A DNA stretch of 63,921 nt, filler included, from Hyphochytrium catenoides (lineage: Eukaryota > Protista > Hyphochytriomycota), in the NCBI GenBank assembly GCA_900088475.1. It is 5 parts of 5 records of this genome, joined end to end, with 100 filler letters (N's around TTAATTAATTAA, not from the genome) between each part and the next. Parts side by side here need not be neighbours in the genome. Positions count along the whole stretch, not along the records: positions 1 to 7,440 come from FLMG01004205.1; positions 7,541 to 39,015 come from FLMG01003795.1; 3 more parts are not named here. One strand, written 5' to 3'. The position numbers were made by a program, and so were the translations under genes. Under the pieces are notes generated by a model. That model was not told the DNA's origin, did not search any database, and saw only the letters and a list, made by a program, of their open reading frames with translations. Position 1 is the first letter of the stretch. Every line of letters starts with the position of its first letter. Shown here piece after piece: positions 1 through 12,480 of this stretch.

Positions 1-47
1 GGTAACATGACTCTTAGGTCTCTATGACATTGAAGACGGCACACACC

Positions 48-2700
48 TGGGCTGTTTGAAGCAGCAACTGAATGACCTTCTCCGAATCGGCGTTGTCCCA
101 ATATATCCTATACAGAGCCTAACAGTGCATCTCAAAAAACCCATCCAACACATGTAGACAGAAGAAACAGATAGACACCTTATAAGTAAATACGAAAGAA
201 GAAGATTAGGCAGCGACTTATGGAAGAGCTAGTTGCACATATATGCATCAAGGAAGAGAGATAAAGAGACGTTTATGACAACAAAGTAGAAAAAGTACAG
301 CAGTCCTAGGAAAGTACGGACACTGAGTAAGGCGTACATCAGAATTGTTCAAGAGCCCGATGGACTGAGGCACTCGGCTATGCAACATGAACCATCGGAT
401 GTTATGGTTGGCTTTGCGCAAGCAGTTCAGCAGAGGGTTTAGGTTTTCCAGCACGAACTGAGAAAAATGGCGTGGAGGTCAGCTAGCGACACTCTAACAC
501 CTACAATTAGCAAGGACTAAAGAAAGGTGAAGCAACGCACATTAAAAAACATAGAGCGCAAGCCTAAAGAGTAGCCGATAACACCGTTGATGCCTACAAC
601 AGTCAATGAAGGAGGAATCTGACGAGGACCTGCTCCGTGAGGATCCCCTCTGTTAAGAACTTTTCCACTTCGTCTAAGGAATTCTCAACCTGTAGCCCAC
701 AGACATGTTAGTGCGTCCCTCAGTTGTCCCTCTATAAGGTCAGATTGAGCAGAGTGAAACAGTAATCCCTCCAACGGAAGAAAGTTGGAAAGTGCTAGGA
801 CCCCTATATAAGCAGCAAGAAATACCTGCTGTCTCTTGCGCTCGGCAATGTAAGCTATGTTATCCGGCTCTATGGTGTTCAGTAAGGCAGCCACGGCCGC
901 AGGATATCCCTCCCATTCGGCTGTCAGATCAACTATTGCCCCCATGTACGTGGTGGCAATAAAGTTATCGTTGAAGTGACGGTCCACTATCTCCCGCATC
1001 GCGGATCGAGAGCGATGCAAAAGATCCGGGGCGAAGTAGAGGATAACGTAGAGCATTGAGGCCTGAGGAGCAGATGACATTAGAGCCAAGCGTAAGAAAG
1101 ACTAGGGCATGATATCCGGTGCATAATAGCGAGGAGAGTAATAGCTGTTACACGCAGACATTGACGGAGCAAGCGACGTGAAAGGTTAGCGGTCGGGGAA
1201 ACAACCACGACCCGGCGAAAACTGCTGTCTCTATCTCCTTCTGTTGGCTGCTGGCTGCTTTACCTGGTTGGCAAGTCTAGTACTCCGATGCTCAGGATGA
1301 GGAAAAGCACTCTCCTGCATATAATTTAGGTCCAATAGTCTCAAAGGTCGTACTATCGAAGTACTTGACGTACCATAAGATAGACATCATCCGTCTGGAG
1401 CTTCCCAATAATCATTGAGATAACCTCCGTTGGAGGTGGGAAACGTTTAAAGTAGAGCTCTGGGTAGCCAGAGGGCTTTGGACCACCTGGAAGGTAGCCA
1501 GTGCCACGGCACAGTTTGCAGACCTGATACAGATTAAGCAAAGGCGTAAGCCACCATACAGAAAGTGAAAGTGTAGCAGCAAACACGAATAGTAGAGCTG
1601 TCAGTAGTCAACAAAGTCATCCGTACACTTAGCGTGAGCTCTGGTCAATCAATAAGAGGTAGTCTTTGAGTTAAAGCCTTTTCACCTCGTCAATATTTTG
1701 TAGGGCAGACTCCCCTTTGCTGCGGTAAAATGCAATGACCATCTTCTCCCTCGTAGGACCAGGTATCCGTTGATCCAGCAGCAGTAGCATGACGCCGTAG
1801 AGGTAGAGTGCCTCGCACATAAGCTAGGACCACGGACATGCAGAAAGTGAACGGCAGTCTTGCATACAGAATGCCAAGAGCATCCTACCGAGCATCGGAA
1901 GTCTATTTTGAAGCAGAGCAGAAGACGAAGGATTGTACCTGCGCACCATCCGTGTCCAAGAGGATGTTGTCTATCGTGTGCTGGATAAAGAAGCCTTGCT
2001 CAATGTTGTTGAGGTACTCCAGGTAGTCCGAGATATACTAACATTATCCATCAAGTGTCAGTCTGACACAAGCTTTACCTTCCCCATACCATAGAGAGGA
2101 TAGCGTATCTACATGGCTCTCCTACCTTATATATCCCATCGAAGAGCTGATAGAATCGCTCTAAGATGTCCTCAAAGTTATCCTGGAACTCATCATCGAT
2201 CTCCAAGAGTTCCTATGACAGACGTTGGCAGTCAGACTCCATGAAAGAATGTCTTGGAAAAATAGGGAAGGCAAGCTGGCCGGTGAACATGCTATAAGTT
2301 CCAGTAGCCGAATCCACGCAAGGAGAGCGAGAGAGAGAACGAAACGAGAGTCCTTATCTACAGTTCCAAAGACGCAATGACCCAAGAGGATCCATACCCC
2401 ATCACTATTAACTTTATCTTCAAAAGCTTCGGGTGCCTTGAGATAGTTAAAGTCAAACAGTACGTTGAGGTACTTCAGCTGCTCAGGGTCCTCGACATAC
2501 TCTGGACCTAGGAAGATGCTAGACGATAATAAGATCAGAACACCAAGTTGCTGTATGGCCACCGTGGACGTCGAGCCCTACCCAGGAATGTTGAGTGACA
2601 ACCGTAATAGCTCTGCCACTATTGCACTTCCTCGACTGACAAGTCTCAAAATAGTTTGACCGCAGTCATTATCTTCAGCAAGGAACTCCATGGCGGCCAT
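48..2700 (-). CDS. WASHC5: Strumpellin (WASH complex subunit 5), N-terminal part, about 11 exons, continues off the left end of the window
   Basis: ATG at 2700 gives [35 protein letters not shown]. Later GT-AG-bounded exons give [94 protein letters not shown] and WFMLH, collinear with the strumpellin N-terminus. Confidence 0.95.
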
Positions 2701-4827
2701 GGTGGGGATTGAGCTCTCGCCTCTAAGCAGAAGGGATGCCGGGTTCGATGAGCACTATCCCTTCTGAGCCTTTCGCTAGGCAAATGCTATCCTCAGCTAG
2801 CACGAGACCTCGAGAAGTCCCTCGTCTTATACGTCTCTTCTCCGCTTAGGACGTCTGGAAGTTACACATATTTTGACATTCACCATCGCTTGCGGCCGCA
2901 GAGAGTGAGAATAACATGGCTCATAGTCTCATAGTCGGTCGCTCGACAAGGAGAAGCGACTATTGCATCTGTTCTTAGAGGATCACCTGCCCGACCTTCC
3001 CAGAGGCTTTATAGAAAGCATCCGGATTCTGAAGCTTTTGAGATCACAATGGTTGCTGTAGTTATCCATATGGGTGCCCACACATCAGCAAGGCCCAAGA
3101 CCCTCGTAGCTATTACGATAATTATGCATATTGGGAGCTGGGTTCAGGGTACCCTAGATACCCGCAATCCACTTAGAATCTTCATCTCATCAATGACAGT
3201 GGCGCGACAGCGCGATGGCGCGATAACGTGACAGCGTAGGGAGATCTAGAGGTGGTGTTGAAGACGGTGATGGCGGCTAGGAGTTATATGGAAGAAGAAA
3301 GGAAGCCTCCTCATCCTGGAGTGGAGCAGCACTACTGCTTGGAACTTGGGCATGGAACACCCGTTGATAGTCCTTATGCGGCGGGGTGGTAGCAATTATC
3401 TTGTGCTCGTAAGAAAGAAGAAGACTTGTTCTTACGAGCGGTCCGATAATTGCAAGCGCTGCGTTTTTGAGCATGTGGAGTCAACAAGGTAGTGCTTTCC
3501 TTGTTATGTCTCCTCCTGTTTCGGACGCAGCTGCACGACACACAGATTCATATGACCGACTTTGAGAACGGACGACCAGCAACATCATGCAATAACGAGG
3601 GAAGGCTGCGCGCGATTTCGTTTGTTATCGTCTAATGGGCAACGTCGCCGTCTCTATAGCACTACCTACAAAGGGCACAGCGACGATACTATTCATGCAG
3701 TGGGAGACCTAATAGTGCGGTTCATCAAAGTGCTTATTTATTCTGCCTGTACTCCTCCCAGCAGCCGGGTCATAAAAGATATTCAGCATCATCTCACCGA
3801 GAAGAAGGAGCAACCCAAAGAGGCTTACTACGCTTGCCGTGGTTTTCGAGTGTCGCAACTAATATAACTCTTTGCTTGACCCCTTTCTCTCTCTCCTTCA
3901 TCTTGTTCCTATTAATGTCAGTTAGGCCTACTTACTATCTTCACCAGGGCCCTCAGCCGTAGTGCAGTCCAAGCTCATCCCAGCCCAGAAGTTCTTCATA
4001 AGGCTCTGATCTCAATGAGCTCAAAGCTCATTATCAAAAGTCATACTTTTCTTGGTCCCTGGGGCTCTCAATCTCCGATGCACGCTACTGTCAACCATCT
4101 CCTCATTGTTGCCAGCACAAGATACCAAGAATACGGACGATCAATAAGTCCGATCATCCACCGTTCGTGCTGTTGTTGTCGTCCGTTGTCCATACATAAT
4201 GCAGACACTCACTTGTACTACCAGCAACAACGTGTCCCAGAAGCCAAACAACAAGTCAAGAAGGATTACGGACGCCTTCATGATTGATGGAGAGACCACC
4301 AGCGAAGTACTCTACCGGGCTGCGCTATTGAAGAGGACTAGACATTCCCGCACCCGGCACACGTGATAGTAGGAAAGACTGAAGACTGACAAATCTTTAT
4401 TATCTTCGTCACAAACGGTGTTTACTGAGGCGTTGAATGAGATGGGTTTGCATAGATGACTATGGTTTGTTGGCATGATACAGAAGCTGATACAGACCAG
4501 ACTACGTTGACAATAATTCCTATCATGAGCCTACAGGATTAATGTGCCTCCCGTTGTTTTGCCTGTTGTCCTTTGGCTGAAAGTTCGATCTATCATTATC
4601 TTCAGCATCCGGCTATTGATACTCTTCGATGACAACACTTCGCAGGTGCATGCAGTGCTACGTGATGCTCACTATCTATTGATGACCGTACAAAGTCATT
4701 ACAGCGACAAAAGTACAAGAAAGCACTTACAGGTAGCTCGAGGAGGATTGAGCTATTCGACAACATTACTTGCCACTCGATATGCTGATTGATGGAAGCA
4801 CACATTGAATCTCCTTCTTCAATCTTG

Positions 4828-4927
4828 GAAGCATGCAAGTCAGTTGTTGACGTCCCTGAGGTATCTCTGGAAAGAACCGTAAGCGACCTAAAGAGGAAGA
4901 AGCGTCAACAACCGACTTGCACGCTTC
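4828..4927. repeat. Inverted repeat, 25-bp arms with 50-bp spacer
   Basis: gaagcatgcaagtcagttgttgacg (4828-4852) pairs with cgtcaacaaccgacttgcacgcttc (4903-4927) with 2 mismatches. Both strands encode EACKSVVD. Confidence 0.9.
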
Positions 4928-5349
4928 AAAGACTGAGATGGTCCCAGTCATGCTCAGGTTACTTTTCCACAAACCGAGCTCTTTTGCCCTATCCTCTAAA
5001 AGGCCCATCAAGTACATATATTCGCTCAAGCGTTTCTTAGCGTAAGCGATGGGATTCGACAGCTACCCTCTTGATCGCCTCCCCCAACGCTGCCAGGCTT
5101 GAGAGAAGCTGCCATTAGGCAATTGAAAGCCCTGAGGAACAGAGTAAAGCCTTCCTTACCAGTAGTATACCACTGGGCCGCCTCCTCGTTACCTGGCTCT
5201 CCGCTTCCCTCAGCACTTGTCACATCTAGAATCCTGCCGACAGCTTCTTGGCTAAAAGCACTAGTAACCTTCTTTGCAGACCTCGCCGAATCTCTTTCCA
5301 GACGGGTCTTAACAGAGCCCACAAGGTCACGAAGGCTGTAGAGATGGTG

Positions 5350-5568
5350 CAAGATCCTCGATGATGCGATCGGCCCTTTGATTGATGACATGCTCAGCAT
5401 AATGGCTCTGCAGCTTTACGCAACGCTCCAAGGTTGTAGTTACTCCCCGCAATTCTGCGACGAACCTCGGAGGGTTGTAACTACAACCTTGGAGCGTTGC
5501 GTACCTGCAGAGCCATTATGCTGAGCATATCATCAATCAAAGGGCCGATCGCATCATCGAGGATCTTG
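5350..5568. repeat. Near-perfect fold-back inverted repeat, about 93-bp arms and 33-nt loop
   Basis: 5350-5443 is the reverse complement of 5477-5568 apart from one substitution and one small indel/mismatch patch. Confidence 0.97.
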
Positions 5569-7440
5569 AGGAAAGAGCAACGGGAGCCGCTGTAAGGCTC
5601 CCGCTTTTCAGATGTCCACTGTTCTTCTGTCTTACACCTTGGCCAGCTCCAATCTCATTATGATAGCCACGTGAGGGGAGACGCCAGCTGCCTGATGTTC
5701 ATCTCCGAGAGGGAAAAGCCTGCACTCTACGTGGTCCTCCAGCTCTGTGATGAAGTCAACATCATTCCTGAAGGAAGCGTTCGTAGAAGGGGCGACCAGA
5801 GGGAACAGCCTCTCTGAGAGAATCTTGATGATAGAGGAGTGAAGCCAGAGCGTGCTCCGCAATTGCGTTAAGTCTAGGGACCAGGCCCGGGAAGCAGTGG
5901 GAAAGATTGCTGACCCCGGTAGCTCTCCTACAGTCTTTTCAAAGGTTAGGAGGAGGATGGCAAACTCAGGCTTGCCACCTGCCAGGCCGCATACAGTCCT
6001 TCCGACATACATGTCTCCCACTGCTTCATATCTTATGTGTGCTGGCTCTGAGTTGAACTTACCTCAACCTCCAAAGTCGCTAGTTCTCGCTCCATACTCT
6101 TCTCATTCACCGCCTATACAAAAGCGCAGGGCAAGTAGCTTGAGAAGATATCCTCTAAGAATGACTGACTGACTGACCGACTGACTGACGGCCATTGTCT
6201 CTGCAGAGTCTCTGCTGTACTTACAAGCGCCATTGAGAAACTGTGGAGACCAAGATCTCAAAAAAGGTCGATCCTGTTGTTCTGTCTCGGGCCAGATCCT
6301 GCATCTTTCGTCCCCAGTTATCAACTCGCGATAACTAGACAGGTGTATTTAATCAGCCTTGTGTCTCTGTCCCTTCTCCATCGTATCTCTGTGCTTCTCT
6401 GGCATCAATCTTAAACCTTTTTTGATACGTTTTCCAGCCGCTCTGTCTCGAACAGATTGTCATCTTCCTCACTCTCAGCCTTGGCATGAAGTCGCAATTT
6501 TCGCCGTCTCTTTTTGCGGATTCGTCGTTGAGAGAATCCATTTGCGGATGATTTCCGAGAGCTCAGTTGGAGATCTATCTAAGCTTTATCGTGAAAAGAA
6601 AGGGGCTGAAGGAAGGAGGCTCTTGTAGACCTAAGGCCTCCTGATCCTATGAGCTTATCATGTCTCAGGTACGATGTTAAGTAGGCTTACTGACGGCTTG
6701 GGTCACAAACTACATCCTCCAGCGCTTGCTCTACCATGAGACCAGGAGAGGCTCACGTTGCGATTCCCTTGTACCCTTAGCGCTATGTAAAAAAAGGAGA
6801 GCCTAACTCCGGACCAAGCAAAGGATCGAAGGAGGGAAAAGAACCAGCTCCCAAGCCCACACGTGATAGAGTCAATGCGGCAAAGGGAGACAAGGAAACC
6901 ATAAGAGGAAAGGCGGACAAAGGTACCTCGAGGTCCTTTTTTCCCCCTATCTTCTTTGTCTTCCACGTTTGAGTGTCATTCTGGGGTGACCCTTCTCTCC
7001 TCTTCTATTTTCCTGCCACGTTTCAGCGCCTGCTGCAGCAAGAAAGCCAGCTGAAGGATCGCAGAACCCAGCAGCTCGTGAGAAGGGCAAGCCAGAAGAT
7101 GGATCCGAGAAGCGAAAGAAGAGTAGAAGCAGAAACGCTAAGCAAAGAAAGGCCGCTAAAGAACGTAAGGATCGAGGAGAAGGAGACACCACAAAGTCGA
7201 CTGAAAGAGGGTCCAAGCGTGGAGATGGGCGGAGACAGGTAGGGAGAGTGTCTTCTTTCTCGGTTCGCCCTGTAAGTAGGGCCCCGTCCCTCTCTCTCTT
7301 ATCAAAGGCCCTACGTCTCATCGCGAGCACTTTTTGGCCGTCCTTTTCGATCCCTGTGTTGATGCTCACCATACTGGTTTATGCCAGCCGCCAAAGCCTA
7401 AGCCACAGACAAAGTTGGTGATAAGGGGCCTACCACCTCT

Positions 7441-7540
7441 NNNNNNNNNNNNNNNNNNNNNNNNNNNNNNNNNNNNNNNNNNNNTTAATTAATTAANNNN
7501 NNNNNNNNNNNNNNNNNNNNNNNNNNNNNNNNNNNNNNNN
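7441..7540. other. Artificial scaffold linker
   Basis: 100 nt: N-run + TTAATTAATTAA (stops in all six frames) + N-run. Confidence 0.98.
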
Positions 7541-9077
7541 TGTAGAACTACACGTAGAACTACCCGTACCGGTGCCTAGGGACCATTGGCACGGTGGATG
7601 CTAAGCATCGCACCGCTCATATAAGTAGGGGGCCCAAACTATCCACTAGCTGTCCTTTTTCCTCCTACTACATGTTGTCACCACTTAGTAGACAGCTAGA
7701 GGTCCCAAGGAAGCAGGGAGAAGACGCTGGTGAGACAGAGAGAGGCGATACTCCTCGTGTGTTGCGGCGTTAAGAAGGAGGAAGAGAGAAGAAAAGAAAG
7801 AGAGAGAAGCAGAGGAACAAGAGAGGAAAAGAAGAGGGACGTGTTATGGCCATCTATCCTTTCTCTGTTACTGACTGCTACGAGATTTTTACGCGTCGGC
7901 GATGAGAACGGAGAGCGAAAGAGACTTTGAAATAGAGGCAGAGACAGTGGAGAGAGAGAGAGAGACAAAGAAACCTGGGATCACGCAAAGGAGGGAGCGG
8001 CGGGGGAGAGAGTTGTTTGAACTTGAGGGTTCATACGAGAAGCTTGATGGCGAAGAGGAGAGAAGATCTTTACTTTTTCCTGAAGAGGAACAATACTTGT
8101 GCAGAGGAGTGGAGATGGAAAAGAATGAGAAGAGAAGAGATGACAACATAGAGAAAAGGAAGTGTTAACAAAGAGGAAGCAGGGACAGCAGAGAGAAGGT
8201 AGATAAAGGGCAGAGAGAGAAAGAAGAGAGACAGAAGTAGAGGATAGAGTGAGGTAATGCTTTGCGAAAGAACAGGGAGAGAGAGAGATGAGAGGTAGAG
8301 AAGTAAGGAGAGAAGCACCTTGATATACTTTGTCAGCCATAAATTCATGGCAGGTCTACTAGCGCGCACAAGGAGAAACCAATCGAAGAAGCGTTGGCAA
8401 AGGGAAGAGAACAGAGAAAGCAATTTTTAAAAACGAAGACATGATAATGACAGAGAAGCGGAAGGCACAAAGGACGCTAGATGCAGAGAAAGGAGATAGA
8501 GAGATAGAAAACCAAGGGGGATTAGGAGAAATAAGGAAATAGATAACAAAGGCAAGAACCTGAGAAGAAGAAGAGTGACCAGAGTTCGAGTATAAAAAGG
8601 AGGGAAAGATGGGCGAGGGAGAGTGCGTAAGAAAGAGAGATGTAGAGAAGACGAAGAGGAAGAGAGAGAGGAAGAGAGAGAGAGNNNNNNNNNNNNNNNN
8701 NNNNNNNNNNNNNNNNNNNNNNNNNNNNNNNNNNAGAGAGAGAGAGAGAGAGAAGGAAATAGGTGAAGAATCAAAGCAGTAGAAGCGGTTTCAAAGTCGA
8801 AGCTTTGCAAGCGGGGGAACAGGTTAGCTAAATTGTGTTTGCAAAGGAGAAATGCTCATAAAAGAACAGAACAGTGTACATTGCTTGTGGACGAGCTTGC
8901 TTCAGGACCAGTGAGACTTTGGAAACCATGAAGAAGAAAGGGATCAAATGAATAACTAGGAGATGCATCGACGTCGTTATCACTAGATGGATGCGAGAAG
9001 AATAGCAGCAGAAGGACTAGGCAGCGACTAAGGTTAGTTACGTCCTTACAATTCTGCACTTCACTGAGAATAAGCTA

Positions 9078-10150
9078 TCAATTTGCGGCTGCTATGGACT
9101 GGTCTTCTAGTCTATCTACATGTTGTTCGGCGTCTGGCGCCGGTGGTCCGTACGACTGAAAGAGCTCAACGACACTCTGGGGCGACTCGACACTGAAAAA
9201 GAGCTGCAGATTTGCCGCGAATTCTGCCGCTGCTTCTGTAGCACGCAGGGCCAAGGATTTCCCATACCTATGACCCTCTGTGTACAATGTCTCATGTGCC
9301 GCTTGAGGTGACAAACTCCTCAATAAAGCCCCGGCAAACTCTGCTGCATCCGTTAGGGCCATACTGACGCCTTCACCCGCGAATGGAGACATCAGATGCG
9401 CAGCACCGCCGGTCAAAGGAATTCCTGGCTTGTTGGGCCAGGAATGAGGGACTGGCAGGGCGATAACCGGCCGAATGACCACCGTATCCTCTTTCCTCTC
9501 TTCTCCTACTGAGCCTTATCTCGTGCCAGCAATCAGCTGCTGCAAACCCTGTCCCAATCGCTAAAGTACGTTTCTAGGAGTATTGCCCGCTTCTCATCTG
9601 CCGTCGTTGCCGTGGCGACGCTAAACATACTAGACGGTCCTCTGCTACGCTTAGGGCAATGTAAACGCGCAAAACTCCGTTGCCATTCCGCTGTGTCATC
9701 AAGCCCTTTAGGGAGAGGAAGAAGGCAATGCCGTTCCCCACGACGGACGAAGGGCCCGGATACTGGGTATCAAAGTAAGTCAGAGATTACTTAGCCACTA
9801 TACAGAGGCTTGGCTGCCGACATGCTCGGTCTGACTCTTGACCAAGCGCCATCAGCACCGACTATGAAGTCTGTCGTGATGGACTTGCCATTGCTGAAAT
9901 GCATGCGGTATTGACGGAGTCCGGAACCTTGGATTCCCTCCCGCGCCTGGCTCTCTTCTTCGACTGCTGTTTGTTCCTTTGTCCTCATGGACGATGTCTC
10001 CTTTCCTTCTTCCTTGGCCATCTGCAACGTTTCGTTAACTTCGTCCTGTCATGAAATGCTCACTAGCTTGTGGTCCCATTCTACTGTTCCGGGCAGTAAA
10101 GACTCGAGGAGAATCCTTTGCATAATCGCGCGATCAACTCAGGGTTATAT
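9078..10150 (-). pseudogene. TetX-like FAD-dependent monooxygenase pseudogene, 5'-truncated
   Basis: Motifs NPE/VDRAIMQRILLESLLPGTVEWDHKL, DFIVGADGAWSRVRP, MTQRNGNGVLRVYIAL, YFSDWD and LTGGAAHLMSPFAGEGVSMALTDA occur in order. There are several frameshifts and in-frame stops, the GD motif is mutated to GG, and no N-terminal GxGxxG was found. Confidence 0.8.
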
Positions 10151-10159
10151 GGTTGTTCG

Positions 10160-12480
10160 CAACATCTTTCTTCTCCCTTGCTGTGGTTTCTAGTAAAGGT
10201 GCGGAGGTAAGTTCCCTCTCCTTCTCTTCCTCTCTTCTCTCATTCTTTTCATTAACTTCTCTGTCTCTTCCTCTCTTCTCTAATCTTCTCGTCGTTCACT
10301 TCTCTGTCTGCGGTCTTCTTAGAGAAGTCTGTCTGTCCTCAGTCGATCGCTTGTATAGACTTTCTTCGGGCCTCACTCTTCTTGTTCCCCGACCTTCCCT
10401 CACGTGCCAATCTTTTTATTCCCTCCCTCTCGCTCTCTGATCCGCTCTCTCGTTCTTTCTCTCCTCTGTCCCTCTGACTAACCGTAGGTATTTGGGACGG
10501 TCGTCTCACTATGGTCAACTACGGAGTGCCGTATCTTCTTCTTCCATGTCTTGGCTCCTGCATCGTTTCAGATCTCTATCCTTACCTTCGTTCTCTCAAC
10601 GAAATGGCCATTTCAAGGTGTTAGAGGTCTGCCTAACATTAGTGTGAGACAGTGGAGGAAAGATAAACGATACCTTTGAACCCCATCCTAGAGCAAAGCC
10701 CCCGGAAGAGAAATGAGAGATAGAAGTGAAGAAAAGGAAAGAAAGAAGAGACAGAAAGAAAGCGTGAGAGCAAAGATGGGAGGTGAAAAGAGCGACGGAG
10801 AAAGGGAGAGAGAAGAAGAAGAAAGAAGGACATATTGATGAGCTAAATCTTTCTAGGTCTCTTTTCTCTTCGCCTTCTTTCTCTCTCCCTCTCATCTAAC
10901 TTGGCTTGTTGCTGCTGAGCTGCGCCTACATCTCCTTCACTCTGTGCAAATGCATCTTAGTTGGGAAACAGGCGCTAAGCGAATCCTGAGAAGCTGCTGG
11001 CCTGTTTGGACGTGTTAAAGAGACCCGGAAACCAGCAGTGAAGAACAACACAGGTTGGCGAGGAGAACGAAGCAGGAACCATTAAGTAGGGATAAGGAAG
11101 AACGATAATATTGGAAGGAAGGAGCACAGAGAGAGAGAAGAGAACAGCGTCACAAGTGACAAGCTTCATTTGATGAAAGGGGCGGAGAGATAGGCAGAGA
11201 GTCAGAGCGCAACAGAGACAGAGTAAAGCAGAGAGAGGGACAGAGAGAGAGTTGGGGAGAGACTACTAGACTCCTAGGAGAGGAGAAGAAGGAAATGTCA
11301 GGGGGGAGAGAGGTCGACAAAAGATAGAGAGAAAGAAGCAGAGAGAACTCACCGCCAACTATCTTGGTCGGGCTTCCAAGAGATGGCAAGCTCACTTTCC
11401 AGTCTGCGTCCATGAATTGTACAGCAAGATCGGATCTGGCTCTTCTTCTCCTTGCAAGCCTTTCGTCTCTCAGCTAGCTCTGTCCCTCTCGAGAGGAGAG
11501 AGTCTTCTAAGCTTTTGATGCATTTTTATGCTTCTTGAGCCCCTCTTGCGCCCTTCTCATGGTCTGCCGTTGTCTCTCTTCTAGATGTTCGAGGTAAGAA
11601 GGGTCCAGCTACAGATACAAAGAGACAGGAAAAGCGATGAGGTGAGACCGCGAGAGAAGAAGAGAGAAAGAACAATAGAGAGAGAAGAAAGAAAAGAGAG
11701 AGAGAGTGAGAGAAAGAGAGAGAGAGAAGGAAGAAGAAGGTGAGAGAATGGGGGAAAGAAGCAGGGAGGGAAGAAGGGGAAGAGCGAGCAAAAGAGAGGA
11801 GAGCAAGAGAGGAAGAGCGATGGGGTACAGGGACAGGGACAGGCAGGGAGGGAATACAAGTTAGGGCTTCTGGGCAAGAGGAAGAAAGAGAGAAGAGAAG
11901 AAGGGATATCGCAAGGAGGAGAGAGAGAAAGAGAGAAAGGAAAGTTTCTAGAGGAAGAGAAGAGACAGAAAAGAGAGGGAGGTAAGGGTGGAGGGAGATG
12001 GGTAGACAGTGATAATAGTAAGAAAGAAAGGAAATGAGAGAGAGAAAGCAAGTCAGAGAGAGAGAGAGAAGAGAGAGGGAGACCGAGTTAAAAGTCTACT
12101 TTTAGAGGCATACTAAGTTCCTCCTGAACAATCTTCTCCATCCATTTCTCTCTCTCGCGCTTTACTCTGCGCCTTACTAAGCTCTAAATCCTGCGTCTGA
12201 CTGAGCTCGACCGTCTGCCGGATCTGACTGTGGTTCTGGATGACCTTTCTCCACCTGGGCATTGCAAGCTAGCTGAGCCTCCAGATCTCCCCCTTCTTCT
12301 GCTCTCTCTTTGATTCTCTCTCCTCCCTCCACTCTGCAAGAGTCTCCTCCCGCTTGATCCACCTAGGCAGCAAGGAGAGCTCCCAGCAGACTAGTAATGT
12401 CAAGCGCCAGTTTGATACCCCCAGCCAGAGGCTTGTCATACATTGCATGCTCTGTCACGTCATCCGGGTGAGCAGAAGGA
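10160..12480 (-). pseudogene. Probable decayed multi-exon coiled-coil gene
   Basis: E/K/R/Q-rich exon-like blocks (WIKREETLAEWREERE.., LEHLEERQRQTMRRAQEGLKK.., AAQQQQAKLDERERE..) are separated by CT-rich intron-like tracts and interrupted by TAG stops and frameshifts. No family recognised. Confidence 0.35.

Larger units (their letters stand above)
4766..6110 (-). mobile_element. Degenerate Crypton-like (tyrosine recombinase/NDC10-II-type) transposon relic
   Basis: Ordered fragments HIRYEAVGDMYVGRTVCGL..PEFAIL, AAGVSPHVAII, DLVGSVKTRLE, WYTTG..LKP and LSEYMYLMGLLEDRAKELGLW..VFEAC resemble my recollection of stramenopile Crypton-type ORFs (YxRYEAAGDxxVGRxVxGLP, ATGIPPHV). They are broken by stops and frameshifts, and no intact HxxR catalytic motif is visible. 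Confidence 0.65.

Noticed and set aside
2900-4760. Short ORFs upstream of strumpellin, and 6353-7372
   Set aside because: No recognisable motifs or consistent splice model; possibly decayed sequence but unsupported.
5581-5608. GC hairpin plus T-run as a bacterial intrinsic terminator
   Set aside because: Eukaryotic context, short T-run and no upstream plus-strand gene.
7485-7496. TTAATTAATTAA recurring four times as a biological motif
   Set aside because: Always centred in a 100-nt N block; it is a concatenation linker.
7696-8810. Many L/S/F-rich or R/E-rich ORFs here and throughout 37-64 kb
   Set aside because: They are translations of (CT)n/(AG)n tracts in introns and intergenic DNA.
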